From positions 10,839 to 74,838 of the forward strand of contig CAWDIV010000001.1 of assembly GCA_963802355.1 (NCBI GenBank): a stretch of DNA of 64,000 nucleotides, written 5' to 3'. Below are positions 51,809 to 61,100 of this stretch, one piece after another (the first letter of the stretch is position 1; every line of letters begins with the position of its first letter). The position numbers and the translations under genes were made by a program. This stretch comes from an uncultured beta proteobacterium. Lineage in GTDB: Bacteria; Pseudomonadota; Gammaproteobacteria; Burkholderiales; SG8-41. Below the pieces are notes generated by a model. The model was not told where the DNA came from. It saw only the letters and a list, made by a program, of their open reading frames with translations, and did not search any database.

Positions 51809-52468
51809 ATGAGCAATCGATTTCGCACAGCGGTAAGGCGGTCGGCAATGGCGCTGCTGGTGGTGGGGATGGGCTTGGCAAGCAGCGCGTCCGCCATTCT
51901 GCTCGACCGCGGGCCGGACATGGTCTACGACACGGTGCTCGACATCACCTGGACGCGGCAGGCGGGTGACGGTGTCGCGCGGAATTGGGCAGACGCGAAT
52001 GCCTGGGCAGCCGGCCTGGTGTTCGGCGGTTTCTCGGACTGGCGCTTGCCTTGGGCGAGCGTGAGCGCGGGTGCTGGGCCCATCACCACGTTGACTTTTG
52101 GGCAACCCTGCACGGGAGCGGGTGGAGCGGACGAAGTCGGGTGCCGCGACAACGAGATGGCCTACATGTTCTACTACAACCTGGACGGGACATTCGGGAG
52201 CCCTGAGACCGGCACCCAGACCGCGGTCGGCGGCGAAGTGCTCACAGGCATTCAGACCCTCTACTGGTCCGGCACGGAGTTTGATTCCGCCATCGTGTGG
52301 GACTTCCTCTTCCTCAATGGCAACCAGTTCAACGTCGGCAAGAGCCTCAACTTCGTCGCGTGGGCTGTTCGTCCGGGCGATGTAGCCGCCGTGCCCGAAC
52401 CGGGTAGCTTGCTGCTGTTAGGGCTCGGCGCGGTAGGGTTGGGCTGGTCGCGTCGGCGCAAGTCCTGA
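51809..52468 (+). CDS. PEP-CTERM sorting domain protein with a DUF1566 (Lcl C-terminal)-like domain
   Basis: Signal peptide, then NWADANAWAAGLVFGGFSDWRLPW, and C-terminus VPEPGSLLLLGLGAVGLGWSRRRK. Confidence 0.85.
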   Translation: MSNRFRTAVRRSAMALLVVGMGLASSASAILLDRGPDMVYDTVLDITWTRQAGDGVARNWADANAWAAGLVFGGFSDWRLPWASVSAGAGPITTLTFGQPCTGAGGADEVGCRDNEMAYMFYYNLDGTFGSPETGTQTAVGGEVLTGIQTLYWSGTEFDSAIVWDFLFLNGNQFNVGKSLNFVAWAVRPGDVAAVPEPGSLLLLGLGAVGLGWSRRRKS

Positions 52469-53258
52469 GCAGCCCAGTTTCGGCAGGGTTTTCTTTTAAG
52501 CCCTCATCTCGCTCCGCACTCGCACTATTTCTCTTCTGGCTTCAGTCGGCGCGTAGTGAACTTGGCCGCATCGCGGAACATCGTAGTGCAACCCTTGCAT
52601 TGGTAAGCCTGCGTCCAACGTAGAACCCCTTCCCTTGTTCTCGATGTAGACCTGCGAGAACTCGTCGGCGCCGCAGATAGGGCAAATAAAGGGGATGCGT
52701 GACGCCGTATTGCCCATAGCTGTATAAGCATACAGTCACGACCTATTCCGACTCAAGTCTTACAGACCCCATTTTCAGTCATTCAAAGTGACATGTTGAG
52801 CAGCCCTAATTAAGATAGGCCGAGGTCATGCGAATGGAGGTGTAGAAAAAGCCAATATGTCGCGTTCAAAAAAGCAGAACGGTCAGCAACCTGACGCCAC
52901 TACGCTAATAACCCACCCAATTGGCGCTACGTTCTTCCCCGCGCAATCCATCGGCGCCATCGAGGCGTACTTGACCAGATGGAACGGGACATCCTGAACG
53001 CCCCCGCCCAGGGAGACCACGAGAGCTGCGATCCTTGACGGTCAAGCCCGACGTGACGCTGCCTGACGTTCCCGAGACCGGCGTGTACGGGTCGAGCGGA
53101 AGCGGAGGCTGCATTAGCGCTGTTTTCGACCCGCAATTATCCGGTTGCATTGAATGGCCGCTTCCTGAAACTCGAATGGCTGGTTTCGGGAAACGTGACT
53201 GCCCGTGATCGACCCTAACCCGCCACTCAGGTTTCCCGAAACCGGTCACTCGCGTCGT

Positions 53259-54248
53259 TTACTCGATTACCTTGTCCGCACGCGCCAGGATCGACTGCGG
53301 GATCGTGATGCCCAGCGCCTTGGCGGTCTTTAGGTTCACCACCAGCTCGAACTTGGTCGGCTGCTCGACGGGAAGGTCTGCAGGTTTCGCTCCCTTGAGT
53401 ATCTTGTCTACGAAATAGGCGGCACGCTTGAAGTACTTCGTTAGATCAGGTCCATAGCTCATGAGGGCTCCCGCTTCTGCGAATTGGGAGGGTGCGCTCA
53501 TTGTTGGTAGTCGTTGCGCCAAGGCGAGCCGAGCTAATTGCGCTCGGTTTCTAACTAAAAGGGGTGTGTGGGCAAGAACTACGGCGTCTACCTGTTTTTT
53601 TCGCGCCAGACTGAATGCTCGCTCGATATCGTCGGCATTGTCGATCTTGATCGGCTCGACTTCTAAACCGAGTTTGCGAGCGGCGGCCTGCAGATCATCG
53701 GATTGAAGGACCCCTCCTGGGTTGGTGCTCTCCCACATTATGGCCAGCCTTCGCATTCTCGGGAGCACCTCTTTGAATAACTCAACTTCTTTGCCCGCAA
53801 GCTCCACGACTTGATCCGTCATACCCGTTAGATTGCCACCTGGGCGCGCGAGACTTGCGACCAGACCGCTCCGCAGCACATCTGACGCAACTGCCACGAC
53901 GATAGGTATGCTAGTGGTTGCCGCTTTGACGATTTGTGCGGCCTGGAGCCCGTGGGTGACGATGACGTCAACCTTGAGGCGGACCAATTCGGTGGCAAGC
54001 ATCGTTCGTCGCTCGGCGCTTCCTTCCGTCCACCGTACCTCGATAGTGATATTGCGCCCATCAACATAGCCTAGTTCGGCCATAGCTTCGCGAAATGGCT
54101 CGAAAGAATCGGCCGCGCGTTGGGCTGCTGTCCCGTCACCAAGGTAGCCAATGCGCCAGACTCTGGATTGTTGCTGCGAAAAAGACGCTAGCGGCGCCGC
54201 GAGCGCGCCTGCGCCGAGCACAATGATCAGTTTGCGGCGATTGTTCAT
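53259..54248 (-). CDS. ABC-transporter-type substrate-binding protein, ABC_sub_bind family, orphan (paralog a)
   Basis: MNNRRKLIIVLGAGALAAPLASFSQQ..VWRIGYL..VDVIVTHG..YFVDKILKGAKPADLPVEQPTKFELVVNLKTAKALGITIPQSILARADKVIE. Confidence 0.88.
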   Translation of the reverse strand: MNNRRKLIIVLGAGALAAPLASFSQQQSRVWRIGYLGDGTAAQRAADSFEPFREAMAELGYVDGRNITIEVRWTEGSAERRTMLATELVRLKVDVIVTHGLQAAQIVKAATTSIPIVVAVASDVLRSGLVASLARPGGNLTGMTDQVVELAGKEVELFKEVLPRMRRLAIMWESTNPGGVLQSDDLQAAARKLGLEVEPIKIDNADDIERAFSLARKKQVDAVVLAHTPLLVRNRAQLARLALAQRLPTMSAPSQFAEAGALMSYGPDLTKYFKRAAYFVDKILKGAKPADLPVEQPTKFELVVNLKTAKALGITIPQSILARADKVIE

Positions 54249-54479
54249 TCCCCCTCCCAATCCGCACGGCTATTATGCTCGCTTACCCCAAGGACAGCAG
54301 GCCGCGAGTCCAACGGGGGAGTGTCACAGACGACCGGTTTTGGCCGGCTACGGCCTGCTGCCGGCAGATTCCAATTTTCCAGATAGCGGCCGTTGCCGGA
54401 CAGACGTAATCGGTAGAGTCGAGATGTGGCGCGGTGGCGGTAGGTTCGGTTTGTCTGTTGCCGCCCCTTTCGTCTGGCG

Positions 54480-55138
54480 GTGCCCGAGTAACCTCGCCGT
54501 AGCTCCGTTTCCACATCCCGCTCATCGAACCGGACATGCAGATCTCCCGCATCCGGCTCTCGGACAAGACATCACGCCTGCTTGCGCGTGCAACGCCCTC
54601 TGCGGTTTCTGAACCCTGTCGGAGTTGATAGGGTTGTCCCAATCTCCAGGTCCCTCACCACGTCTTGCGTCAGCCTTGAACTGAGGCCCCTTCCCTCCAT
54701 CGGCGTTACCCGACTTCAGCGGTACTATGAGCCTCTCCGAGATCCCAAGGCGCCCGGCCTGTCCCTCGCGGGCATCCGGTTGATCGTCCCTGATCGCGCC
54801 TCGGGACTTCCCGTGTTGCGTGCGCTTTCCTGGTGTGCATGCTGTCGCCACTGCCCCGGCGCAGCAACCGGGCTGACTGCTTCGCTCATTCACCCAGTCG
54901 TATCAACCTTCCCCGAAAGGGTTGTCGGGTCGGCCTGCGCATCGACCTTTTCGAGGTTTGCTCAGCGTTCACTCACGTTACGGCCTGCACACTCGCCAAG
55001 TCACCTATATGTGACCCTCTGCACCGAAGGCTTCAGCCACTTCGTTACCTCCATGACTGCTCCGATTGCTTCCGGCTGGAGCCGTTGCCGGGTGGGCCTT
55101 ACACCCACTGGAAAGCGCCGCCTTGTCACGGCGCACAC
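54480..55138 (-). mobile_element. ORF-less (IEP-deleted) group II intron remnant
   Basis: The minus strand starts GTGTGCGCCGTGAC (GUGYG-type 5' end at 55138/55136). Domain V GAGCCGGAUGCGGGAGAUCUGCAUGUCCGGUUC lies at 54527-54559 (AGC triad, 2-nt bulge, GAGA loop). A relic of the maturase N-terminus ([18 protein letters not shown]) lies at 54581-54633. The 3' end is approximate. Confidence 0.7.
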
Positions 55139-55182
55139 CCGTTGCGGTCAGTCGTTGTTCTCGATAGCGGACATTGCCGTGG

Positions 55183-56238
55183 TCACTCAATCACCTTGTC
55201 GGCGCGCACGAGAATCGTGTTTGGAATTGTGATCCCGAGCGCCTTGGCCGTCTTCAGATTCACCACCAGCTCGATCCTCGTCGGCTGCTCGATCGGCATG
55301 TCGGCCGGCTTCGCGCCCTTGAGAATCCGGTCGACGTAGTAGGCGGCACGGCGGTAACTTGCCGACTCGTCAACCCCGTAGCTCAGCAAGGCACCTGCGT
55401 CAGCCCACTCCCCGACACTGCCGATGGCCGGCCAGCGTTGCTCCTGCGCAAACTTCACGATGCGCCGCCGCTCGGTGTGGAAAACACCCGGGCTCGGCAT
55501 CACGACGAGCGCTTGCGCGCCTTCCTTCGCCAGGCGCGCCAGGGCGGGCTCGATCTCTTCCGGACGAGCCACCTCGGCGATCCGTGCCTCCACCGAGTAT
55601 TGCGATACGGAGCGATGCATGTTTGCCAGAAGCGGGACAAGATTCGCGGAGGTGGTATCGACCAGAAAGCCGATGCGCCGCAGCCTGGGCGCCGCGGCGA
55701 GCAGCAGCTCCAGGTATTTCTCGGAGACGTCGCTCGTCAAACTGGCGATCCCAGTGACCATGCCGCCGGGCCGCGCGAGGCTTGTCGCCAGTCCCGCGAC
55801 GACCGGATTGCCGCCGATCACGACGACGGGCGTCCTGGGCGCGGCCTTGGTGGCGGCTCTTGCTGCCGGTGTCGGCACGGCAACAATGACCGCCGCTCGC
55901 TTCGCCGCCAGTTCGTCGGCCAGTGCTGGCAGACGGTCCATCCGGCCGTCCGCCCAGCGCTCTTCGATCACGACCTGGGACCCCTCCTTCATGCCTAGCG
56001 CGGCGAGCCCCTCCCTGAATGCGGCATGCAAATGCCCATTCCCCTCGCGCGGGCGCGCGTTCAGGAGACCGATCAAGACCGGCATCTGCGTTGTCTGTGC
56101 TCGCGCCGCACCCGTCCACGCGAGCGCGGGGCACGCCGCTGCCGCGAGGAGAAACGCCCGGCGCGTTGAACGGCACGCAGTGTCCGTTCGAACGCGACGA
56201 CGTAAACCGGCACGCCAGTGTCCAGGTTTACGGTTCAC
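55183..56238 (-). CDS. ABC_sub_bind family substrate-binding protein (paralog b)
   Basis: Ends ..YYVDRILKGAKPADMPIEQPTRIELVVNLKTAKALGITIPNTILVRADKVIE. The GTG start overlaps the stop of paralog c (GTGA). Confidence 0.85.
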   Translation of the reverse strand: MNRKPGHWRAGLRRRVRTDTACRSTRRAFLLAAAACPALAWTGAARAQTTQMPVLIGLLNARPREGNGHLHAAFREGLAALGMKEGSQVVIEERWADGRMDRLPALADELAAKRAAVIVAVPTPAARAATKAAPRTPVVVIGGNPVVAGLATSLARPGGMVTGIASLTSDVSEKYLELLLAAAPRLRRIGFLVDTTSANLVPLLANMHRSVSQYSVEARIAEVARPEEIEPALARLAKEGAQALVVMPSPGVFHTERRRIVKFAQEQRWPAIGSVGEWADAGALLSYGVDESASYRRAAYYVDRILKGAKPADMPIEQPTRIELVVNLKTAKALGITIPNTILVRADKVIE

Positions 56239-57225
56239 TCGATCACCCGGTCCGCGCGCACCAGGATGGACTGCGGGATCGTGATTCCGAGCGCTTTGGC
56301 GGTTTTCATGTTGACCACCAGCTCGAACCTGGTCGGCTGCTCGATGGGAAGATCACTCGGCTTTGTGCCCTTGAAAATCCGGTCCACGTAGTAGGCGGCG
56401 CGGCGCCAATTGTCTACTTGATTTGACGCGTAGCCCATCAGAATCCCGCGCTGCACGTGTGGCAAATTGATCGAAGCAGACGGCAGCCGATGCTTCACCG
56501 CCAGTTCCGCGATCTGGTGCATTTGCTGGGTGAAAAGGTTGCCGCCCGCAACGATCACCGCACGTACGTTCTCCCGGTTCATTCGGGAAAATGCGTCTTC
56601 GATTTCCACTGCGTTCCCCGCCTGCATCGGCAGGATCGTTACGCCCGCCTTCTGCGCTGCTGGCTGATAACTATTCATGACGTTGATGGAGCCGGGGCTG
56701 GCTGGGTCATACAGGACGGCCGCACGATTGAGCTTGGGCATGATGCCCAGCAGGATTTCCAGATTTTTGGACCCGAGTTCGCCAGTGAGGTCCGTGAGCC
56801 CGGTGATGTTGCCGCCAGGCCGCGCCAGACTCTTGACGAGGCCAGTTGCGACCGGATCAGAGACGCCCAGCATGACGATTGGAATGGCAGTGGTTGCTTT
56901 CTGCACCGCACTCGCACTGGGTGTCCCGCTTGCCACGATGACGTCCACTTTCAGCCGCACCAGTTCCGCCGCAAGGCCCGGTAAGCGCTCTGCCTTGCCC
57001 TTCGGCGAAGCGCCACTCGATGACGAGGTTTTTTCCCTCGACATAGCCAAGGTCCTTCAACCCTCGCAGAAAACCGTCACGTAGGTCTGAATCCACTTGG
57101 GTGAACTCAGCCGGCACCCTGAGAGCCCCGACCCGCCAGATTTTGCCCTCTTGCTGCGCGAACGCCGCCCGCGGCGCAAGCGCAGCGGCGCCGAACGCGA
57201 TGAGCAGATCGCGACGTCTGTTCAC
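56235..57225 (-). pseudogene. ABC_sub_bind family paralog c, split by one frameshift near 57000
   Basis: The N-terminal ORF 56857..57225 (MNRRRDLLIAFGAAALAPRAAFAQQEGKIWRVG..) and the C-terminal ORF 56235..57050 (..RLPGLAAELVRLKVDVIVASG..ADRVIE) are in different frames. Confidence 0.8.
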
Positions 57226-58244
57226 TCGATCACCCTGTCGGCACGCACCAGTATCGACTGCGGGATCGTGAGGCCGAGCGCCTTGGCGGTCTTCATGTTG
57301 ACCACCAGCTCAAACTTCGTGGGCTGCTCGATTGGCAGGTCGGCGGGCTTGGCTCCCTTTAAGATCTTGTCCACGAAATATGCGACGCGCCGGTAGCTCT
57401 CCGCTTGGACCGTCCCGTAGGACATGAGGCCACCGGCCTCTACAGCGATTCTGCTGCCGTACACCGACGGTAACCGGCTTTTTATCGCAAAGCCCGCGAT
57501 CCGTTTTACGTTAGCACCTAATAACTGGCCCCCGCCGGACACATAGAGTCCATCCGGGCGCTGCTTGTTTAGCGCAGCGAATACCTTCTCGAAATCGTCC
57601 GCATCTCGTACCTCCCAAGGCTGAACGGTCAACCCCAGCGCACGCGCCGCGACAGGGAGAACCTCTTTCACTTCGCGTGTAGTGCCCGGAATTGTCGGGT
57701 CGTAGAGAACCGCGACACGGGCAACTTTGGGAACGGCTTCTTTGAGCAGCTCCAGCCGCTTCCCGCCTAGCTTTGGGCCAAGGTTTGTAATGCCGGTGAC
57801 GTTGGCGCCGGGACGGGCAAGGCTTTCAACAAAGCCTGCCTCAACAGGATCGGGCCCAGCGCCCACCATAATGATGGGAATCGTCTTGGTCGCATTCTTA
57901 GCCGCCTGGGTAGTGGTCCCTCCTGCTGAAACGATGAGATCAACCTTGAGACCCACCAGCTCGGCGGCAAGCTCAGGGAGCCGATCGCGCTTCCCCTCCG
58001 CATATCGGTACTCGATGTCGATGTTTTGTCCTTCGATGTAGCCAAGCTCGCGCAGAGCCAGCCGAATCGCCTCGGCACGGGTGGACTCACTAGCTGAATC
58101 GAGCGGCGATAAATGCCCTATCAGCGGGACTTTCTTCGGCTGCTGCGCTGACGCAGAATAGCAAAGCGCAAAGAGCATGGCGCAAAGAGTAAGGATTGTG
58201 ATTTTTCCCTGTCGAGTAGACATCGAAATGTCTCCTTTAGGCAT
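57222..58244 (-). CDS. ABC_sub_bind family substrate-binding protein (paralog d)
   Basis: ..KVPLIGHLSP..VDLIVSAGG..YFVDKILKGAKPADLPIEQPTKFELVVNMKTAKALGLTIPQSILVRADRVIE. Its stop overlaps the start of paralog c. Confidence 0.88.
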   Translation of the reverse strand: MPKGDISMSTRQGKITILTLCAMLFALCYSASAQQPKKVPLIGHLSPLDSASESTRAEAIRLALRELGYIEGQNIDIEYRYAEGKRDRLPELAAELVGLKVDLIVSAGGTTTQAAKNATKTIPIIMVGAGPDPVEAGFVESLARPGANVTGITNLGPKLGGKRLELLKEAVPKVARVAVLYDPTIPGTTREVKEVLPVAARALGLTVQPWEVRDADDFEKVFAALNKQRPDGLYVSGGGQLLGANVKRIAGFAIKSRLPSVYGSRIAVEAGGLMSYGTVQAESYRRVAYFVDKILKGAKPADLPIEQPTKFELVVNMKTAKALGLTIPQSILVRADRVIE

Positions 58245-58580
58245 GCTTTGTATTCTCTGTTAGGGGCTCACGATTAGAGCATGTTACGCGATCTGGATTG
58301 CACGCCGGCTCTGGCATCGATTCGGATTTAAGTCTCGAATGTCTGGGAATAACTCTACAGGTTGCCCGTAACGTGGAATGGCCGGTTATGGCCGAACAGC
58401 GCCAGATGCACCCGACCCCTAGATTTCCGGGTAGCAGTCGTTCGTCAGCCGCGTCTATCGACCGAAGCGGACGCTTAATGGCCCGAGTTAAGCCGCGCTG
58501 CGAAGCTACCGGCAACGCGTGCTAGCGTAGCGCGAGTACGGCGGCTGACGCCATGAAGCGGCGTCGGCTTGAACGAATTG

Positions 58581-58922
58581 TTAGGCACTAGGCTTCGGCT
58601 TAAGTTTGCCTCGGAACCTCTGCTTCTCGTTTACCGAATACGTGGCCTCACCTTGGTGCTCCCACCACTCATAAGATCCGGAAACGTATCGTGCGCCTGA
58701 TGCGGAAACGGCTTGCGACAAGACCTTGGTAGTGCCATCGGTGAACGTCAGCGTAACCGTGCCATTGTCGCGGTAGTCGGCGCGGATGGTTTGCCCAGAA
58801 TCCGAGACGAACACACCCGATCCTACAACCGAAGCCGCAGGCTGGAGAGTTCTCACTGAGGCGCACGAAGCTGAGCCAGTAAGAATCAATAGAGCCATAA
58901 GCGAGTCGCGGAAGACTTTCAT
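58581..58922 (-). CDS. MliC-like lipoprotein (C-type lysozyme inhibitor family)
   Basis: Lipobox LILTGSASC, then IRADYRDNGTVTLTFTDGTTKVLSQAVSASGARYVSGSYEWWEHQGEATY. Confidence 0.65.
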   Translation of the reverse strand: MKVFRDSLMALLILTGSASCASVRTLQPAASVVGSGVFVSDSGQTIRADYRDNGTVTLTFTDGTTKVLSQAVSASGARYVSGSYEWWEHQGEATYSVNEKQRFRGKLKPKPSA

Positions 58923-59343
58923 GCTGGTGCCTAACGTATAGTGAACTTCTGAAATGCAGCCTATTATGGCGCAGGAATATCGAAATAGGCTGCGAGGAAA
59001 AACGACCGAGTGACCGCTTCTGGCCGACTGTGGCCGGTTGCGTCTGCATCTCGAATTTCCAGATAGCCGTCGTTCGCGGCAAAAAAAATCGAACCGCTTC
59101 AAAGCTGCCGGTGCCGAAGGCCAGCACGCGACCCAAGCCTGTCATTCGGATAGACCAAATCACGGGCTCATAGGAGGGTTTCGAAAAATCTGTCGAGAAT
59201 CCAATTCGTGATGCCGTGGTTGGTGCGCAACTTATGGCCGTTGATCGCGTTGGTGGTATTCTGTGCAACGGGGCCAATGATCCCCAGACACTATACGCGG
59301 CCCGTGCCGCCCGAAGCGCTGCTTATCAGGAGAGGGAACCACG

Positions 59344-59835
59344 ATGAAAACGAAACGTGTATTCACGAGTTTCTTTGTGCTGGCTGTATTGTTTGCTGCC
59401 GTCTCGCCAGTATTTTCGCAAGAATCTCCACCACCGTCTGACAAAGCAAAACAGGTTGTTGCCCTCGTCGATAAGGCTGCGGCGCTCGTCACCAGCAAAG
59501 GGAAGGAGGCCGCGTTCACCGAGTTCAGAAAGAAAGGAAGCGAGTGGTTTTTCGATGACCTATACCTTTTCGCGTACGATTTGGATCTAAACACATTGCT
59601 TGTTGCCGCTTTTCCCAAGAACGAGGGGAGCAACCACACGGGCAGGAAAGATGCGAACGGCAAGGTATTTCACACCGAGTTTGTAAAAGTAGTCCAATCC
59701 AAGGGGTCGGGGTGGGTGGATTACATGTTCCCCAAACCAGGGCAAACCGAACCATCGCGGAAATGGGGCTACGTGAAGGCCGTGAGTATAGATGGAGTTC
59801 CCGGCTTTGTCGGCGCGGGTTTCTACCCCGAGTGA
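59344..59835 (+). CDS. Secreted single Cache-like (sCache_2-type) domain protein
   Basis: Signal peptide, then KGKEAAFTEFRKKGSEWFFDDLYLFAYDLD..GSGWVDYMFPKPG..KWGYVKAV..FVGAGFY. Confidence 0.7.
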   Translation: MKTKRVFTSFFVLAVLFAAVSPVFSQESPPPSDKAKQVVALVDKAAALVTSKGKEAAFTEFRKKGSEWFFDDLYLFAYDLDLNTLLVAAFPKNEGSNHTGRKDANGKVFHTEFVKVVQSKGSGWVDYMFPKPGQTEPSRKWGYVKAVSIDGVPGFVGAGFYPE

Positions 59836-59901
59836 GGCATAACCGCGCCCTTGATATAAGCCGTCACAAGCAAGCGTAAACTCGGCAGCGATCACAAGAA
59901 G

Positions 59902-59924
59902 GTGCGCGTCGCACGGGTTTTTTT
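59902..59924 (+). terminator. Rho-independent terminator candidate
   Basis: GTGCG-CGT-CGCAC followed by GGGTTTTTTT, 67 nt downstream of the Cache gene stop. Confidence 0.5.
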
Positions 59925-60038
59925 GTGTTCGTGAGCCAACTTGTGATATAGCTTATGGGTAACTCACGGACGCCCGCTTTTTGGCCGGTAAGCGACCTAC
60001 ATGGTCAGTTTCCGAGCCGAAGCTGCCATTCTCGCCCG

Positions 60039-60301
60039 TTACTCGATCACCCGGTCCGCGCGCACCAGGATCGACTGCGGGATCGTGATGCCGAGCGCCT
60101 TGGCGGGTTTCATATTGATCACCAGCTCCCGCAGACCTGCCCGCAGTGCGTCCACCCGGGCCGCAGAACCAAAACTGAAGCGGAAACCGTGGCGAGGAAC
60201 CCGATGCGCCAGATCTTGCCCGGCTGCTGGGCGAACCCGCCCAGCGACGCCGTGAACACGCCCGCGCCAAGCGCGACGAGAGGTTTGCGGCGATTGTTCA
60301 T
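60039..60301 (-). pseudogene. Internal-deletion relic of an ABC_sub_bind paralog (about 60 N-terminal codons joined to the last 27 codons)
   Basis: MNNRRKPLVALGAGVFTASLGGFAQQPGKIWRIGFL.. and ..ALRAGLREL|VINMKPAKALGITIPQSILVRADRVIE, with one frame change. It keeps the conserved leader upstream. Confidence 0.75.
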
Positions 60302-60635
60302 TTCCCCCCAATCCGCGCGCCTATTATGCTCGCTTAAGCCAGGGACGGCACACCGGCGAGTCATTGCCAAAAAGGGACTTGTCCCAACGAACGACTGCTT
60401 TTGGCCGGTCTGAGCCAACTGCCGGCAAGTCTCAATTTCCGCCATACCGGCCGTTGGCGAACTCCCGCAGTCGACCGAACCGGACGTTGGGAAATGAGCT
60501 TGGCCTGCTTAACGACCGAGTTGAGCGGCTGGCCACGATGACCGTGCCGCGGTAAGGCGCGGCCCACGAGGCATCCCGGTCCGCTCCAACGTGTTGTTAG
60601 GCGTTACGCTTCCCTTTCATTCTGTGGCCTCCCGG

Positions 60636-60962
60636 CTACCGATTGCCGTCGTCATTGGCTGCGCCAAGGGCCTTCACCGCGACTGCGGCCAGCAGTGCGG
60701 TGAACAGCACGCCGCATACCCCGATAAGGATTGCGAGCGTGCGTGCCAGCAGCGTCTTCGGGGCAAGATCGCCATAGCCGATCGTGAGACCGGATACAAA
60801 AGCAAAGTAGAGCGACTCCTGTATCGACCAGCCTTCACGCAGCCCGACGACGAGGCCTAGGGCGATCATCAGTCCGATCAGGCCAGACAGGATCGGCCAC
60901 ACCACGCGCAGCCCGGCAACGAGTCCGGCGGCGAAGTTGCGTCTCATCGTGCGCGCATCCAT
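60636..60962 (-). CDS. Minimal two-TM potassium channel family protein
   Basis: Selectivity filter TIGYGD flanked by two TM helices (LRVVWPILSGLIGLMIALGLVV; LAILIGVCGVLFTALLAAV). The start could be 61001, 60962 or 60947. Confidence 0.75.
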   Translation of the reverse strand: MDARTMRRNFAAGLVAGLRVVWPILSGLIGLMIALGLVVGLREGWSIQESLYFAFVSGLTIGYGDLAPKTLLARTLAILIGVCGVLFTALLAAVAVKALGAANDDGNR

Positions 60963-61100
60963 GGGGCCTCCGAGATAGTCATCGTCGCGATCCAAGCCCA
61001 CGTGTGGCCGTCGCTCGAATCGAGCGGCAAGCGGCTAGTACCAGCAAGATACGCTCAATGTGTCGGAACGTCTGGTCTGGCTACTTCAGTGACCGCTTCT

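Noticed and set aside
52496-52717. 73-aa ORF with CPICG (possible zinc ribbon)
   Set aside because: It has no Shine-Dalgarno sequence, only one clear CxxC pair, and two other overlapping ORFs in the same stretch. The support is insufficient.
54283-55339. ORFs 54283..54642, 54522..54893, 54582..55232 and 54833..55339 as protein genes
   Set aside because: They lie within the group II intron RNA (5' GUGYG end, domain V). Peptides such as [17 protein letters not shown] are translations of ribozyme domains.
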